Program-made: the position numbers and the translations under genes
Shown here: positions 17,912 through 28,498 of the stretch, one piece after another
How positions within the stretch are numbered: the first letter of the stretch is position 1
How the letters are laid out: each line of letters opens with the position of its first letter
Assembly (NCBI RefSeq): GCF_021647265.1
Contig: NZ_JAKIVA010000004.1
Reading direction: 5' to 3' (one strand)
DNA from: Lutibacter sp.
Lineage (GTDB): Bacteria > Bacteroidota > Bacteroidia > Flavobacteriales > Flavobacteriaceae
DNA: 64,000 nucleotides
The notes under the pieces: generated by a model
The model's database searches: none
The model's input: the letters and a program-made list of their open reading frames with translations, nothing else
Told to the model about the DNA's origin: nothing

Positions 17912-18793
17912 TTAATTTCGGGTATCTTGACCCCAAAGTAATTTTTCACGGAGAGTTTTTATAAAAGTTTGTTTATTTAGTTGTACCATTTTTAAGTTAA
18001 ATTTAGACTTTTCTACCTGTACTTCAGTGTTCCTCTTAATGGTTGTAATTCGTGAATCTAATGATAAGAAAAATTTATCTTCTCTACCACTTACCTTAAA
18101 TTTTATAACAGTATCATCTGGTATTACCAACGGTCTTGCATTTAAATTATGTGGGGCAATAGGAGTTAAAACAAAACTTTTAGCTTGGGGTGTAATTATT
18201 GGTCCTCCACAACTTAATGAGTAACCTGTGGAGCCTGTTGGTGTTGCTATTATTAATCCATCTGCCCAATAAGAAGTTAAATACTCGTTATCTAAATACG
18301 TTTCAACGGTTATCATTGAAGCCGTGTTTTTTCTGTTTACTGAAACTTCATTTAACGCAAAATTTAAGGCAGCTAAATTTTTAATTTTTGGAGAGGTAGT
18401 AACACTTAATAATGCACGCTCTTTTACTATAAATTCACCATTAATAAGTTGTTCTATTGCATTTTTTATTTCTTCTTTTTGAACAGTTGCTAAAAAACCT
18501 AACCTTCCTGTGTTGATACCAACAATGGGAATATTTGAATTTCTAATAAAAGTTACGGCTCTTAAAATAGTACCATCACCTCCAATTGTAACCATAAAAT
18601 CAAATGAATTATCCAACTCCTTATAAGAACGAAATGTTTTAGCTGTTGAAATTTCAATATGCTTTTTTAAGCCCGAATAGTAATTTTTTTCAATAACAAA
18701 TGTTACTGAATTGGTTTCTAACATGTTAAATAATTCTTCAACATATTTTTTATCTTCAGGTTTGTAGTACTGGCCATAAATAGCAATTTTCAT
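17912..18793 (-). CDS. nadK: NAD kinase
   Basis: 293 aa. Carries the GGDGT motif (VTIGGDGTILRA), NTGRLGFL and PTGSTGYSLS. Confidence 0.92.
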   Translation of the reverse strand: MKIAIYGQYYKPEDKKYVEELFNMLETNSVTFVIEKNYYSGLKKHIEISTAKTFRSYKELDNSFDFMVTIGGDGTILRAVTFIRNSNIPIVGINTGRLGFLATVQKEEIKNAIEQLINGEFIVKERALLSVTTSPKIKNLAALNFALNEVSVNRKNTASMITVETYLDNEYLTSYWADGLIIATPTGSTGYSLSCGGPIITPQAKSFVLTPIAPHNLNARPLVIPDDTVIKFKVSGREDKFFLSLDSRITTIKRNTEVQVEKSKFNLKMVQLNKQTFIKTLREKLLWGQDTRN

Positions 18794-18795
18794 CC

Positions 18796-19455
18796 TTAAA
18801 TGTTTAAGTATTTCTGTAGGTAATTGGTTCTGTCTTTTAATTCTTCCAAATAATAATCTTCTTTATGATTCGAAAGAACTTTATAGTCATAACGCCTAAA
18901 AGACTGTATGATTTCGTTTACATCTTGCGAACTAAATTTAAGGGTGATTTTCACAGAAGTTGAATTGCTTTCAGAAATAAAAACACCCAAAATTTTACCA
19001 TTATCAGATTCTACAATTTGGCAAATTTCGCTAAATGAGTAATCTCTTATTTCTTTTTCTAAAATTAAGATAGAGCCTTCGTTATTTAAAAATGGCGTAT
19101 TTTTATATACGTGTAATACATCAATTAAATCATAGTAACCCAAATATTCTTTTTGAACGCTAATAACAGGGATTAAATTTGTTTCATTTAAAGCAAAAAC
19201 TTTCAAAATTTCTAATAAATTATTGTTTTCTTCTGTGAAGAACAAACTAAATAAAAGTTGAAAATCATTTAACTCTTTATCATCTTCAGTAATTCCTTGT
19301 ATATCAGTTTCAGAAACTAAACCAATAAGTTGGTTGTTTTTTATAACAGGAAAATGAGAATATGTAGTTTCATTGAAAAGAGACTTCACATCGGCAATCT
19401 TTGTTTGCAAGGTAAATGCCTCAAATTCCTTTAATATGTATGGGATATTTTTCAT
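18796..19455 (-). CDS. CBS domain-containing protein
   Basis: 219 aa. HFPVIKNNQLIGLVSETDI and a second CBS-like repeat. It is 2 nt upstream of nadK. Confidence 0.72.
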   Translation of the reverse strand: MKNIPYILKEFEAFTLQTKIADVKSLFNETTYSHFPVIKNNQLIGLVSETDIQGITEDDKELNDFQLLFSLFFTEENNNLLEILKVFALNETNLIPVISVQKEYLGYYDLIDVLHVYKNTPFLNNEGSILILEKEIRDYSFSEICQIVESDNGKILGVFISESNSTSVKITLKFSSQDVNEIIQSFRRYDYKVLSNHKEDYYLEELKDRTNYLQKYLNI

Positions 19456-19516
19456 TCCAGTTGCTATTATAGTACAAATTAATCAAAAATAAAACCAAAA
19501 TCATATTCTTACTTCG

Positions 19517-19524
19517 TAAATTTG
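19517..19524 (+). promoter_or_regulatory. Bacteroidota sigma-A -7 box (TAnnTTTG) upstream of pdxJ
   Basis: taaatttg, 32 nt upstream of the ATG at 19556. Motif match only. Confidence 0.35.
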
Positions 19525-19555
19525 CTTACCCAATTTAAATTAACGTGTTTTAAGA

Positions 19556-20284
19556 ATGATAAAATTAAGTGTAAATGTAAATAAAATAGCAACATTACGT
19601 AATTCCAGAGGAGGTGATTTTCCTAATGTTGTTAAGGTGTCTTCTGATATTCAGGGTTTTGGAGCTGATGGAATTACCATTCATCCGAGACCTGATGAGC
19701 GTCATATTCGTTATCAAGATGCCTACGATTTAAAAAAAATAGTAACTACTGAATTTAATATTGAAGGAAATCCAATTCCTAAATTTATGGATATGGTTCT
19801 TAAAATATGTCCAACCCAAGTAACTTTAGTTCCTGATGCCATTGATGCAGTTACTTCAAATGCTGGTTGGAATACTATTAAACACCAATCTTTTTTAACA
19901 GAAATTATTACAGCGTTTAAACGAAAAGGTATACGAACCTCTATTTTTATTGATACAGATTTAAAACTAATTGAAGCTGCAGCAACAACCGGAGCTGATA
20001 GAATTGAGTTGTATACCGAAGAATTTGCTACACAATATAGAATGGGCAATAAAGAGGCTATTAAACCATATACTAAAAGTGCTGTTTTGGCAACAGAACT
20101 TGGTTTAGGGATAAATGCAGGTCACGATTTAAGTTTAGACAATATTCAGTTTTTTGCTGAAAATATTCCAAACTTAAGTGAAGTTTCCATTGGGCATGCA
20201 TTAATTACAGAATCGTTATATTTAGGATTAGAAAATGTAATTAATATGTACAAGTATAAGTTAAGTATGGCATCTAAACAATGA
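19556..20284 (+). CDS. pdxJ: Pyridoxine 5'-phosphate synthase
   Basis: 242 aa. LSVNVNKIATLRNSRGG..P, ITIHPRPDERHI, EGNP and NAGHDL are PdxJ signatures. Confidence 0.93.
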   Translation: MIKLSVNVNKIATLRNSRGGDFPNVVKVSSDIQGFGADGITIHPRPDERHIRYQDAYDLKKIVTTEFNIEGNPIPKFMDMVLKICPTQVTLVPDAIDAVTSNAGWNTIKHQSFLTEIITAFKRKGIRTSIFIDTDLKLIEAAATTGADRIELYTEEFATQYRMGNKEAIKPYTKSAVLATELGLGINAGHDLSLDNIQFFAENIPNLSEVSIGHALITESLYLGLENVINMYKYKLSMASKQ

Positions 20285-21045
20285 AAATTTTACACTCAAC
20301 AATTTTAGGAAAGGGAAAACCATTACTTATACTACATGGTTATTTTGGAATGAGTGATAATTGGAAATCACTAGGGAATAAATTTTCAGAAAATTTTCAG
20401 GTACATTTAATAGATCAACGTAATCATGGGAGGAGTTTTCACAGTGAAGATTTTGATTATGAACTATTAGTTGAAGATTTATACAATTACATTCAATATT
20501 ATAATTTACAGAATATTATTTTATTGGGGCATTCTATGGGTGGAAAGGTTGCCATGCTTTTTGCCGTTACTTTTCCAGAGTTAATTACTAAATTAATTAT
20601 TGCAGATATAAGCCCAAGAGCATATAAACCACATCATCAACAAATACTGGAAGCTTTAAATGAAGTTAATTTTTCAATACACAACTCACGGAAAAAAGTT
20701 GAAGAAGTATTGAGAATTTATATTAAAGAAGAAGGAATTATTCAATTTTTATTGAAAAATGTATATTGGAAAGAGAAAGGAAAATTAGATTATCGTTTCA
20801 ATTTACAAAGTTTAACTGAAAATAATGCGGAAGTAGGAGAAGCCTTACCTTCATTTACCCATTTTGAAGGAGATACATTATTTTTAAAAGGAGAAAAATC
20901 AAATTATATAACAACTAAAGATGTGTCATTAATTTTAACTCATTTTCCCAATGCTAAAATTGTGACTGTCAAAAATGCAGGACATTGGCTCCATGCTGAG
21001 AATCCAGAGCAGTTTTATAATGAAGTTGTCAGGTTTTTAGCTTAA
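20281..21045 (+). CDS. Alpha/beta-fold hydrolase
   Basis: 254 aa. LILHGYFG, nucleophile elbow GHSMGG and a C-terminal GHW.H. It has a 4-nt ATGA overlap with pdxJ. Confidence 0.8.
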   Translation: MKILHSTILGKGKPLLILHGYFGMSDNWKSLGNKFSENFQVHLIDQRNHGRSFHSEDFDYELLVEDLYNYIQYYNLQNIILLGHSMGGKVAMLFAVTFPELITKLIIADISPRAYKPHHQQILEALNEVNFSIHNSRKKVEEVLRIYIKEEGIIQFLLKNVYWKEKGKLDYRFNLQSLTENNAEVGEALPSFTHFEGDTLFLKGEKSNYITTKDVSLILTHFPNAKIVTVKNAGHWLHAENPEQFYNEVVRFLA

Positions 21046-21101
21046 AGAAGGAATTGGCACAATTATAGTTAATTTTATAACTCATTATAAATTTTTTAAA
21101 A

Positions 21102-21461
21102 ATGAAATTGATATTAAAAATATTATTAACGGCTATTGCTGTTGTTATATTAGCTAAATTTTTGCCTGGTGTTGAAATTGCAAATTATACCAGTGCAATT
21201 ATTGTAGCAGTAGTTTTAGGGTTGTTAAGAGTTACGGTAAAACCATTACTTATCTTTTTTACACTACCGGCAACTATTGTAACTTTAGGGTTGTTTTTAT
21301 TGGTAATTAATGCAGTAATTATACTGTTAGCTGATTATTTTGTTAGTGGATTTGCAGTCTCAGGATTTTGGATAGCCTTATTGTTTAGTTTGTTATTATC
21401 ACTATTTCAATCGTTTTTATATTCATTATTAAATGAAAAGAATGAAAATAGTTGGAATTGA
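21102..21461 (+). CDS. Small 4-TM membrane protein (DUF360 / 'phage holin family 4'-like)
   Basis: 119 aa with four hydrophobic helices. LPGVEIANYTSAIIVAVVLGLLRVTVKPLL fits the YvlD/DUF360 pattern. Confidence 0.65.
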   Translation: MKLILKILLTAIAVVILAKFLPGVEIANYTSAIIVAVVLGLLRVTVKPLLIFFTLPATIVTLGLFLLVINAVIILLADYFVSGFAVSGFWIALLFSLLLSLFQSFLYSLLNEKNENSWN

Positions 21462-21497
21462 ATGAGTTAAATACTTTGTCAAGTTCATAAAAAACAG

Positions 21498-21505
21498 TAA
21501 TTTTG
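21498..21505 (+). promoter_or_regulatory. TAnnTTTG -7 box upstream of tig
   Basis: taattttg, 40 nt upstream of the ATG at 21545. Motif match only. Confidence 0.35.
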
Positions 21506-21544
21506 CACCCGATTTTTTAATGATTTAAGATAAAAAAGCATAAA

Positions 21545-22867
21545 ATGAATATTACAAAAGAAAATATTGATGCGTTAAATGCAGTAGTGAAAGTTGAGAT
21601 TTCAGCTGCTGATTACCAAGATAAAGTAGCAACTATTTTAAAAGATTACCGTAAAAAAGCCGATATCCCCGGATTTAGAAAAGGACAAGTGCCTATGGGA
21701 ATGGTAAAAAAACAATACGGAAAGTCTGTAATGATTGATGAAGTGAATAAATTGCTACAAGAATCATTAAATAATTTTTTAGTTGAAGAAAAACTTGATA
21801 TTCTTGGAAACCCACTACCAAAAATGAAAGACGATTTTTCTTGGGAAGCTGAGGATTATTTGTTCGAATTTGAGTTAGGATTAGCACCTCAGTTTGAAGT
21901 TAACTTAGATGCTAAAAAGAAAATTACGCAATACAATATTATTGCTGATGAGGAATTATTAGAAAAAGAAGTTGAAAATATTCAAAAGCGTTACGGAAAA
22001 ATTATTTCTAAACCAGTTGTTGAAGAAGGTGTTAATATTACAGGAACCTTTGTGAATGAGGAAAAAGAAATCAATAAAAAATCTACTATTGAACTAGCTT
22101 CAATAAAAGGAAAAGCAAACCAAAAGAAATTTATTGGTAAAAAAGTTGGAGATGTTATTGAACTAAAAACCAAAGGTCTTTTTGATGACGACCATAAACT
22201 AATGGGGGCACTTGGATTAGACCACGACGCCATTCACGGATTGGATATTTCAGTAACTTTTACTATAGAAGAAATTAATAAAACAGAACTTGCAGAGGTA
22301 AACCAAGAGTTATTTGATAAAGTTTTTGGTCCTGGTGTAGTTAAATCTAAGGAAGAGTTAGTTGCAAAAATAAAGGAAGATGCTGAAAAACAATTCCAAA
22401 CGCAAGCTGATCAACAGTTGTTAAATGATGTGACTGAATATTTAGTTGAAAACACAAAATTTGAGTTGCCTGCTGAATTTTTAAAAAAATGGTTAGCTGT
22501 TGCCGGTGAAAAACCAATGACTTCTGAGCAAGCTGAAGAAGAATTTGAAAAATCTGAAAAAGCATTGCGTTATCAACTAATAGAAGGAAAAGTATTAAAA
22601 GAAAACAATATTAAAATAGATTTTGAAGAGCTTAAAGAATTTGCAAAAGGTTTTGTAAAAGCGCAAATGGCTCAATACGGTCAGTTAAATCCTGAAGAAA
22701 AAGAATTGGATGATATTGTACAAAGAGTATTGAGTAATCAAGATGAGGCGAAGCGTTTACAAGAACAATTGGTAAGTCAAAAATTACTGAGCTTTTACAA
22801 AGAAAATATTACGTTTAAAGTAAAAGAAGTAAACTATGAAAAATTTGTAAAAGAAGTTTACAAATAA
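21545..22867 (+). CDS. tig: Trigger factor
   Basis: 440 aa. The N-terminal ribosome-binding region carries PGFRKGQVP, and the gene lies upstream of clpP/clpX-type neighbours. Confidence 0.92.
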   Translation: MNITKENIDALNAVVKVEISAADYQDKVATILKDYRKKADIPGFRKGQVPMGMVKKQYGKSVMIDEVNKLLQESLNNFLVEEKLDILGNPLPKMKDDFSWEAEDYLFEFELGLAPQFEVNLDAKKKITQYNIIADEELLEKEVENIQKRYGKIISKPVVEEGVNITGTFVNEEKEINKKSTIELASIKGKANQKKFIGKKVGDVIELKTKGLFDDDHKLMGALGLDHDAIHGLDISVTFTIEEINKTELAEVNQELFDKVFGPGVVKSKEELVAKIKEDAEKQFQTQADQQLLNDVTEYLVENTKFELPAEFLKKWLAVAGEKPMTSEQAEEEFEKSEKALRYQLIEGKVLKENNIKIDFEELKEFAKGFVKAQMAQYGQLNPEEKELDDIVQRVLSNQDEAKRLQEQLVSQKLLSFYKENITFKVKEVNYEKFVKEVYK

Positions 22868-22936
22868 AATAATTTAGAGCCATTCCTGCCTCTCAACTAT
22901 CACTCAAGATAAACTTCGGTAGGAATCTATAAAATT

Positions 22937-22972
22937 AAAACTCCTTGGTGAACTTCATTGAGGAGTTTTTTG
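22937..22972 (+). terminator. Rho-independent terminator after tig
   Basis: aaaactcct (22937-22945), 15-nt loop, aggagtttt (22961-22969), followed by Ts. Confidence 0.6.
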
Positions 22973-23046
22973 TTCCGTTATTCTGAACCTGTTTCAGAAT
23001 CTTATCATAATAATAGTTATTTATTTTTTAGAATCAAAGTAAAATT

Positions 23047-24378
23047 CTACTTCCGTTTTTGCCCTCTAGTTTTAGGCTTTTTGTATTTTTTAGCAATTTC
23101 TCTTCGGTAAGAGCCACCTAAATTAACACGTCTGTTTTTTTCTTTCTTTTCGTGAAATGCAGCGCCACTTGGTTCGGCAATAGTGGTTTTTTTACCCGTT
23201 CTTTCGGGGGCTATTTTTGGCATTTCTTCAGCGGTTTTCTGTGTAGAAATTTCAACGGTTTCAGGAAGATCCAAAACATCAATTTCTGTATTCATTAACA
23301 GTTCAATTTCACCTAAATAATCAGCTTCTTCTTCTGTAAAAAAGGAGATGGCAGTTCCTTCTTGTTCTGCACGACCTGTTCTTCCAATTCGGTGCATATA
23401 ATTTTCAGGTTCTTCAGGAATATTAAAATTAATTACATGGCTTACATCTGTTAAATCTAAACCACGTGCAATAATATCAGTGGCAATTAAGATATTAAAA
23501 AAGCCTTTTTCAAAGTTTTTTACAGCTCGTAAACGATAATTTTGCGTTTTGTTAGAGTGAATTACATTTGTTTCTCCAGGAAGAAGTTCTTCCATTTCTT
23601 CAAATAAAATATTGGCTTGTTTTTTGTTTTTTACAAAAACCAATACTTTAGTAAAAGTTTCTTTATTTTTTAATAAGTGTACCAAAAAATTAATTTTTGT
23701 ATAAAAATTGGGCACAGGGTAAGCAAGTTGTTGAATAGTATCTAATGGGCTTCCACTACTTGCAATTTCAATTTTAACAGGAGATTTAAAAAACTGATCT
23801 AATATACCTGCGACTTCTTTGGTTAAGGTTGCAGAGAATAAAATACTTTGACGTTTTTTTGGTAATAAATCTAATAACGTAACCAATTGCGGTCTAAAAC
23901 CTAGATTCATCATTTCATCTACTTCGTCAATTACAAATTTCTGAATAAATTTCAATTTTAAAATCCCATCCAACGCTAAATCTAGTAAACGGCCTGGAGT
24001 TGCAACTAAAATATCTTGCCCTTCATACACTAACTGTTTTTGTTTATTCAGGTTTGTGCCACCATATACACCTGCAAAACGTACATTAATATAAGGTGTT
24101 AAGTTTTCAAGATCCTTTATAACTTGAACTACCAATTCTCTGGTTGGTACAATAATTAATACACGTGGATGTTTTTGAGTGGAAAACGTGAGTTGTTTTA
24201 AAATAGGTAGTAAATAAGCAAATGTTTTACCAGTTCCTGTTTGTGCAATCCCTACAATGTCTTTACCACTCATAATTTCAGAAAAAGCTTTTTCTTGAAT
24301 AGGAGTTGTAGTTTCAAACCCCATTTCAGTTAGAGCATCTAATAAAAAGCGGTTTAAGTTTAAATCGGAAAAGTTCAT
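23047..24378 (-). CDS. DEAD-box ATP-dependent RNA helicase with a basic C-terminal tail
   Basis: 443 aa. Motifs: Q-motif, AQTGTGKT, PTRELV, DEVD (motif II variant), SAT and HRIGRTGRA. The Lys/Arg-rich tail is ...KKYKKPKTRGQKRK. Confidence 0.9.
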   Translation of the reverse strand: MNFSDLNLNRFLLDALTEMGFETTTPIQEKAFSEIMSGKDIVGIAQTGTGKTFAYLLPILKQLTFSTQKHPRVLIIVPTRELVVQVIKDLENLTPYINVRFAGVYGGTNLNKQKQLVYEGQDILVATPGRLLDLALDGILKLKFIQKFVIDEVDEMMNLGFRPQLVTLLDLLPKKRQSILFSATLTKEVAGILDQFFKSPVKIEIASSGSPLDTIQQLAYPVPNFYTKINFLVHLLKNKETFTKVLVFVKNKKQANILFEEMEELLPGETNVIHSNKTQNYRLRAVKNFEKGFFNILIATDIIARGLDLTDVSHVINFNIPEEPENYMHRIGRTGRAEQEGTAISFFTEEEADYLGEIELLMNTEIDVLDLPETVEISTQKTAEEMPKIAPERTGKKTTIAEPSGAAFHEKKEKNRRVNLGGSYRREIAKKYKKPKTRGQKRK

Positions 24379-24581
24379 TGTTCTATTTTTTGCAAATGTA
24401 CTATTTAATTAAGGAATTATTTATAAGGGTGAAACTTCTGAAGTTGTAAGGTTGTAAAGTTTATAAAGTATAAGACTAATGCTTAAACTGAGTATAAAGT
24501 TTACGTCATTCCACACTTGATACGGAATTTCATATTTAAAATTTGTAAATAATAAAAAATTTATGATATTGCTTAATATTC

Positions 24582-26177
24582 TTAGTCAACTTGTTCAAAT
24601 AATAAATGTGTATTTGGGTCGAATTCTAGGGTTTTAACATCTCCTTTGGTGTCAATTACAAAGGGTTCATTTTTAGTTGTAATTTGAATGGTTTTAACTT
24701 CAGAAGTTCCATCTTTATAAATAAATTTTAGATCTAAAGGAAATTGAAAAATGGTTTTTTGAGTCTGTTCTACTATTAAACGAACTTTCTTATTGTAATA
24801 AATCCAATTAGTTTTGAGTGTTGGGTGTCCAGATTTATAAAGCCATTGAGAAAAGAAAATATCTAAATTTTTACCAGATGCTTTGGCCATTATATTTTTA
24901 AAATTAGTTGTTGAAGCATTCTTGAATTTATATTTTTCATAATAATCCTGTATTCCTTTTTGAAAAATGGTGTCACCTAATTTATGTCTAAGCATATGTA
25001 AAATCCAAGCTCCCTTTTGATAGGAATTTGCATTTAGTAACTTCATGTAATTTGTTGTTTTGGTATCAATTACAGGGACTTGTTTTTTTTGATAAAAATT
25101 TAAAACTGTTTTACGCTCTTTTTTTATTCTTTCCAAAAAGGCGCGTTTCCCATGATTTTCTAAAATAAATAAATCTGTAAAATAGGTTGCAAACCCTTCA
25201 CTTAGCCAAAGATGAGGCCAGTCAATCTCTGAAACAGCATTTCCAAACCATTGGTGAGCAATTTCATGTGCAATTAAGTCATCATGATTTTGTTTGCCAT
25301 TTACAGCTTTTTCAAAATAAAAAATATTCCCAGCATTTTCCATACCTCCAAAGCGTGTTTTGGATTGTACATTTGCTAACTTTTGAAAAGGGTATGTTCC
25401 TATATTTTTAATAAAAAAGTCGAGTATTTTTTTAGCATTAGAAAAATCATTAAATCCCTGTTCTTTTGTTTGAGGATATACCCAAGATGAAACAGGAACA
25501 TTATGTGTTTCCCCAATATTTTGAACCGCAAATTTGGCAATGCCTATTACCATTACTTTTGTAGGTAGAGGAACTGATGTTTGCCAATGGTACTGTTTTG
25601 CAGTGTCATTTATGTTGGTTTCTTCAACCTGAAAACCATTGGCAATAACCTGGTAATGATTAGGAGCCTTAATAATATATTCAATGGTTGCTTTATCTGA
25701 TGGATGATCTACACAGGGAAACCAATTGTGTGCTCTGTTAGGCCAATTGTCTCCAAAGAAAGTTCTATCACCATACATGTTTTTGCTAATAATTAATCCA
25801 TCTTTTGGAACACCGCTATATTTAATGGTGTACGTGTACACTATGCCAGGAAAGGGGTGTTTAGGCTGAATTTTTATTTTGTTTTCTACGTGTGTAAAAG
25901 TAACCTTTACGTTGTTTTGATAAATAGAATCTATCACCATGCCTTTACCACTAATACTGTCCTTATTAACCAAATCAAGTTGAAATTCAGTTACAGGTTT
26001 CTTAAATTTTAGTTGAATTTGCGTTGTAGCATCAATATTGTTGGTTGTATCATTAACAATAATTGTTAACTTATAGTGTTGTATATCAATAGTATTTAAA
26101 CGTTGTTTGTAATTTTGAGCAGTAAGGGTTGAGGTTATCACCAAAAATAAGAAAGTGATGGATAAATTAATTTTCAT
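24582..26177 (-). CDS. M1-family metallopeptidase (aminopeptidase N-like), secreted
   Basis: 531 aa with a signal peptide. GGMEN, HEIAHQWFGN and WLSEGFATY form the GxMEN plus HExxH-18-E signature. Confidence 0.87.
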   Translation of the reverse strand: MKINLSITFLFLVITSTLTAQNYKQRLNTIDIQHYKLTIIVNDTTNNIDATTQIQLKFKKPVTEFQLDLVNKDSISGKGMVIDSIYQNNVKVTFTHVENKIKIQPKHPFPGIVYTYTIKYSGVPKDGLIISKNMYGDRTFFGDNWPNRAHNWFPCVDHPSDKATIEYIIKAPNHYQVIANGFQVEETNINDTAKQYHWQTSVPLPTKVMVIGIAKFAVQNIGETHNVPVSSWVYPQTKEQGFNDFSNAKKILDFFIKNIGTYPFQKLANVQSKTRFGGMENAGNIFYFEKAVNGKQNHDDLIAHEIAHQWFGNAVSEIDWPHLWLSEGFATYFTDLFILENHGKRAFLERIKKERKTVLNFYQKKQVPVIDTKTTNYMKLLNANSYQKGAWILHMLRHKLGDTIFQKGIQDYYEKYKFKNASTTNFKNIMAKASGKNLDIFFSQWLYKSGHPTLKTNWIYYNKKVRLIVEQTQKTIFQFPLDLKFIYKDGTSEVKTIQITTKNEPFVIDTKGDVKTLEFDPNTHLLFEQVD

Positions 26178-26330
26178 ATAAAAAGGTATAAAATAAACAC
26201 CAAATATACATAGAAACCTCTAAATAATTTTGAATCTACAAATCAGAAATTAAAGATTCTATAAATAAACAAATAAACAATTCATAAATACTTCATATCT
26301 TTACACCCTTAATATTTTAAAACCTGTAAA

Positions 26331-26990
26331 ATGGATTACGGAAAAGAATTTAAAAAATTTGCAATAAAAGGCCAAGGAATTAACAGTATGCATTACGATA
26401 AGTTGGTTAGTAGTGTTACACCATATATTATTGAAGAGCGTCAGTTAAACGTAGCACAAATGGATGTGTTTTCACGTTTAATGATGGATAGAATAATTTT
26501 TTTAGGATCAGGTATTGATGATAATGTAGCCAATATCATACAAGCTCAATTATTATTTTTAGAAAGTGTAGACAGTTCTAAAGATATTTCAATATACATA
26601 AATTCTCCAGGAGGTGGTGTTTATGCTGGTTTAGGAATATATGATACAATGCAATTTATAAAACCCGATATAGCTACAATTTGTACGGGAATGGCAGCGT
26701 CAATGGGAGCTGTCTTAATGTGTGCAGGGACTAAAGGGAAACGATCTGCCTTACCACATTCACGTATAATGATTCATCAGCCAATGGGAGGCGCTCAAGG
26801 GCAAGCCAGTGATATTGAAATTACTGCGCGTGAAATATTAAAATTAAAAGATGAATTATACCAAATAATTTCTAAACATTCTGGTCAAACTATTGAGAAA
26901 GTTCATGCAGATTCTGATAGAGATTATTGGATGAAAGCTGATGAAGCAAAAGCTTATGGAATGATTGATGAAATTTTAGTGAGAAAATAA
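26331..26990 (+). CDS. clpP: ATP-dependent Clp protease proteolytic subunit
   Basis: 219 aa. INSPGG, GMAASMGA (Ser) and IMIHQP (His) are ClpP signatures. Confidence 0.95.
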   Translation: MDYGKEFKKFAIKGQGINSMHYDKLVSSVTPYIIEERQLNVAQMDVFSRLMMDRIIFLGSGIDDNVANIIQAQLLFLESVDSSKDISIYINSPGGGVYAGLGIYDTMQFIKPDIATICTGMAASMGAVLMCAGTKGKRSALPHSRIMIHQPMGGAQGQASDIEITAREILKLKDELYQIISKHSGQTIEKVHADSDRDYWMKADEAKAYGMIDEILVRK

Positions 26991-27028
26991 TAAAGTTTTA
27001 AATTTAAGGTTACTAAATAACTGAAAAA

Positions 27029-28270
27029 ATGGCAAAAGAGGAAGTTTTAGAATGTTCGTTTTGTGGTAGAAAGAAGCCAGAAACCGATTTGCTTATTGCG
27101 GGTTTAGATGCACATATTTGTGATAAGTGTATTGAGCAAGCACACGGAATTGTAATAGAAGAAATGGCTGAAAATAGTAGTTCTTCTCTCACTTCTGAAT
27201 TGATTGTTAAAAAACCAAGAGAAATTAAAGAATTTATAGATCAATATATGATTGGTCAAGACCAAGCAAAACGTGTAATGTCAGTTGCGGTTTATAACCA
27301 TTATAAAAGATTATTACAACCTGTTACCAAAGATGAAGATGATGTTGAAATAGAAAAAAGTAACATTATTTTGGTAGGGGAAACAGGAACAGGAAAAACA
27401 TTAATAGCTCGCACCATTGCAAAAATGTTAAATGTGCCTTTCTGTATTGTAGATGCCACTGTTTTAACTGAAGCTGGTTATGTTGGTGAAGATGTTGAAA
27501 CCATATTAACACGTTTATTGCAAGCCGCAGACTATGATGTTACTAAAGCAGAACGAGGTATTGTTTTTATTGATGAGATAGATAAAATAGCACGTAAAGG
27601 TGATAATCCATCTATAACGCGTGATGTTTCAGGAGAAGGTGTTCAACAGGCATTATTGAAACTTTTAGAAGGTTCTGTAGTAAATGTTCCACCGAAAGGA
27701 GGAAGAAAACATCCTGATCAAAAATTTATTGAAGTAAATACTAAAGATATTCTCTTTATTGCTGGAGGTGCTTTTTCAGGGATTGATAAAGTAATAGGAA
27801 AAAGGTTAAACAGGCAAGCTGTTGGGTATAGTGCTTCTATAAAAGTTGATAAAGTTGAAGAAGAAAATTTATTACAATATATTATTCCAAGTGATTTAAA
27901 AACATTTGGTTTAATACCTGAAATTATTGGCCGTTTACCAGTGTTAACACATATGAATCCTTTAGATGAAGATACGTTAAGAGCTATTTTAACAGAGCCA
28001 AAAAACGCTATTATAAAACAGTACAAAAAACTATTTAAAATGGATGGCATTGATTTTTCTATCAATGAAAATGCATTGATGTACATCGTTGGAAAAGCTG
28101 TTGAATATAAATTAGGAGCTCGAGGGTTGAGGTCACTTTGTGAGGCGATTTTAACAGATGCAATGTTTGAATTACCAAGTACAGATGAAAAACAACTAAA
28201 GGTTACCAAGAAATATGCCGAAAACACATTAAACAAATCAACGTTAAAAAAGTTAAAAGCAGTTTCTTAA
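27029..28270 (+). CDS. clpX: ATP-dependent Clp protease ATP-binding subunit ClpX
   Basis: 413 aa. An intact zinc ribbon (CSFCGR...CDKC), Walker A GETGTGKT, Walker B FIDEIDK and GARGLR. Confidence 0.95.
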   Translation: MAKEEVLECSFCGRKKPETDLLIAGLDAHICDKCIEQAHGIVIEEMAENSSSSLTSELIVKKPREIKEFIDQYMIGQDQAKRVMSVAVYNHYKRLLQPVTKDEDDVEIEKSNIILVGETGTGKTLIARTIAKMLNVPFCIVDATVLTEAGYVGEDVETILTRLLQAADYDVTKAERGIVFIDEIDKIARKGDNPSITRDVSGEGVQQALLKLLEGSVVNVPPKGGRKHPDQKFIEVNTKDILFIAGGAFSGIDKVIGKRLNRQAVGYSASIKVDKVEEENLLQYIIPSDLKTFGLIPEIIGRLPVLTHMNPLDEDTLRAILTEPKNAIIKQYKKLFKMDGIDFSINENALMYIVGKAVEYKLGARGLRSLCEAILTDAMFELPSTDEKQLKVTKKYAENTLNKSTLKKLKAVS

Positions 28271-28294
28271 TTAATTCTATTAAAAATACTTAAT

Positions 28295-28456
28295 TGAGGT
28301 TGTGTAAAATGAAACAATCGTCAATCTAAACTAGATTCAGGTTCTCATAATGAATTGAAACAGAATGTTAATATTCTGAAATAACACTTCGACAGGCTCA
28401 GTGTGACATTATTAAGAATGATAGATTTAAGTTTAACTTAAACAACCTCATTTTTT
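28295..28456 (+). repeat. Structured intergenic element: 9-bp terminal inverted repeats enclosing several perfect short hairpins, ending in a T-run
   Basis: tgaggttgt (28295-28303) pairs with acaacctca (28442-28450), followed by tttttt. Internal hairpins are aatcta-aac-tagatt (28323-28337) and cagaat-gttaat-attctg (28361-28378). Confidence 0.5.
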
Positions 28457-28498
28457 ATCGAAATTTTGTAATTTAGGAATCTTAAAAAAATATAAGTA

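Noticed and set aside
21102-21461. A 'phage holin family' type protein as a possible prophage or lysis-cassette marker
   Set aside because: No endolysin, capsid, tail, terminase or integrase genes are nearby. It is flanked by pdxJ, a hydrolase and tig. This DUF360-type protein is a common chromosomal membrane protein.
23047-24378. DEVD instead of DEAD in helicase motif II
   Set aside because: All other helicase motifs are intact, and Ala-to-Val in motif II falls within normal DEAD/DExD-box family variation.
27718-28236. 172-aa minus-strand ORF inside clpX. Similar long antisense ORFs lie at 19723-20049, 41826-42275, 55404-55898 and 61738-62130.
   Set aside because: Each overlaps a confidently identified gene on the other strand (clpX, pdxJ, pdhB, the SSS transporter, the lacI-family gene) and shows no domain signature. 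I treat them as antisense shadows.
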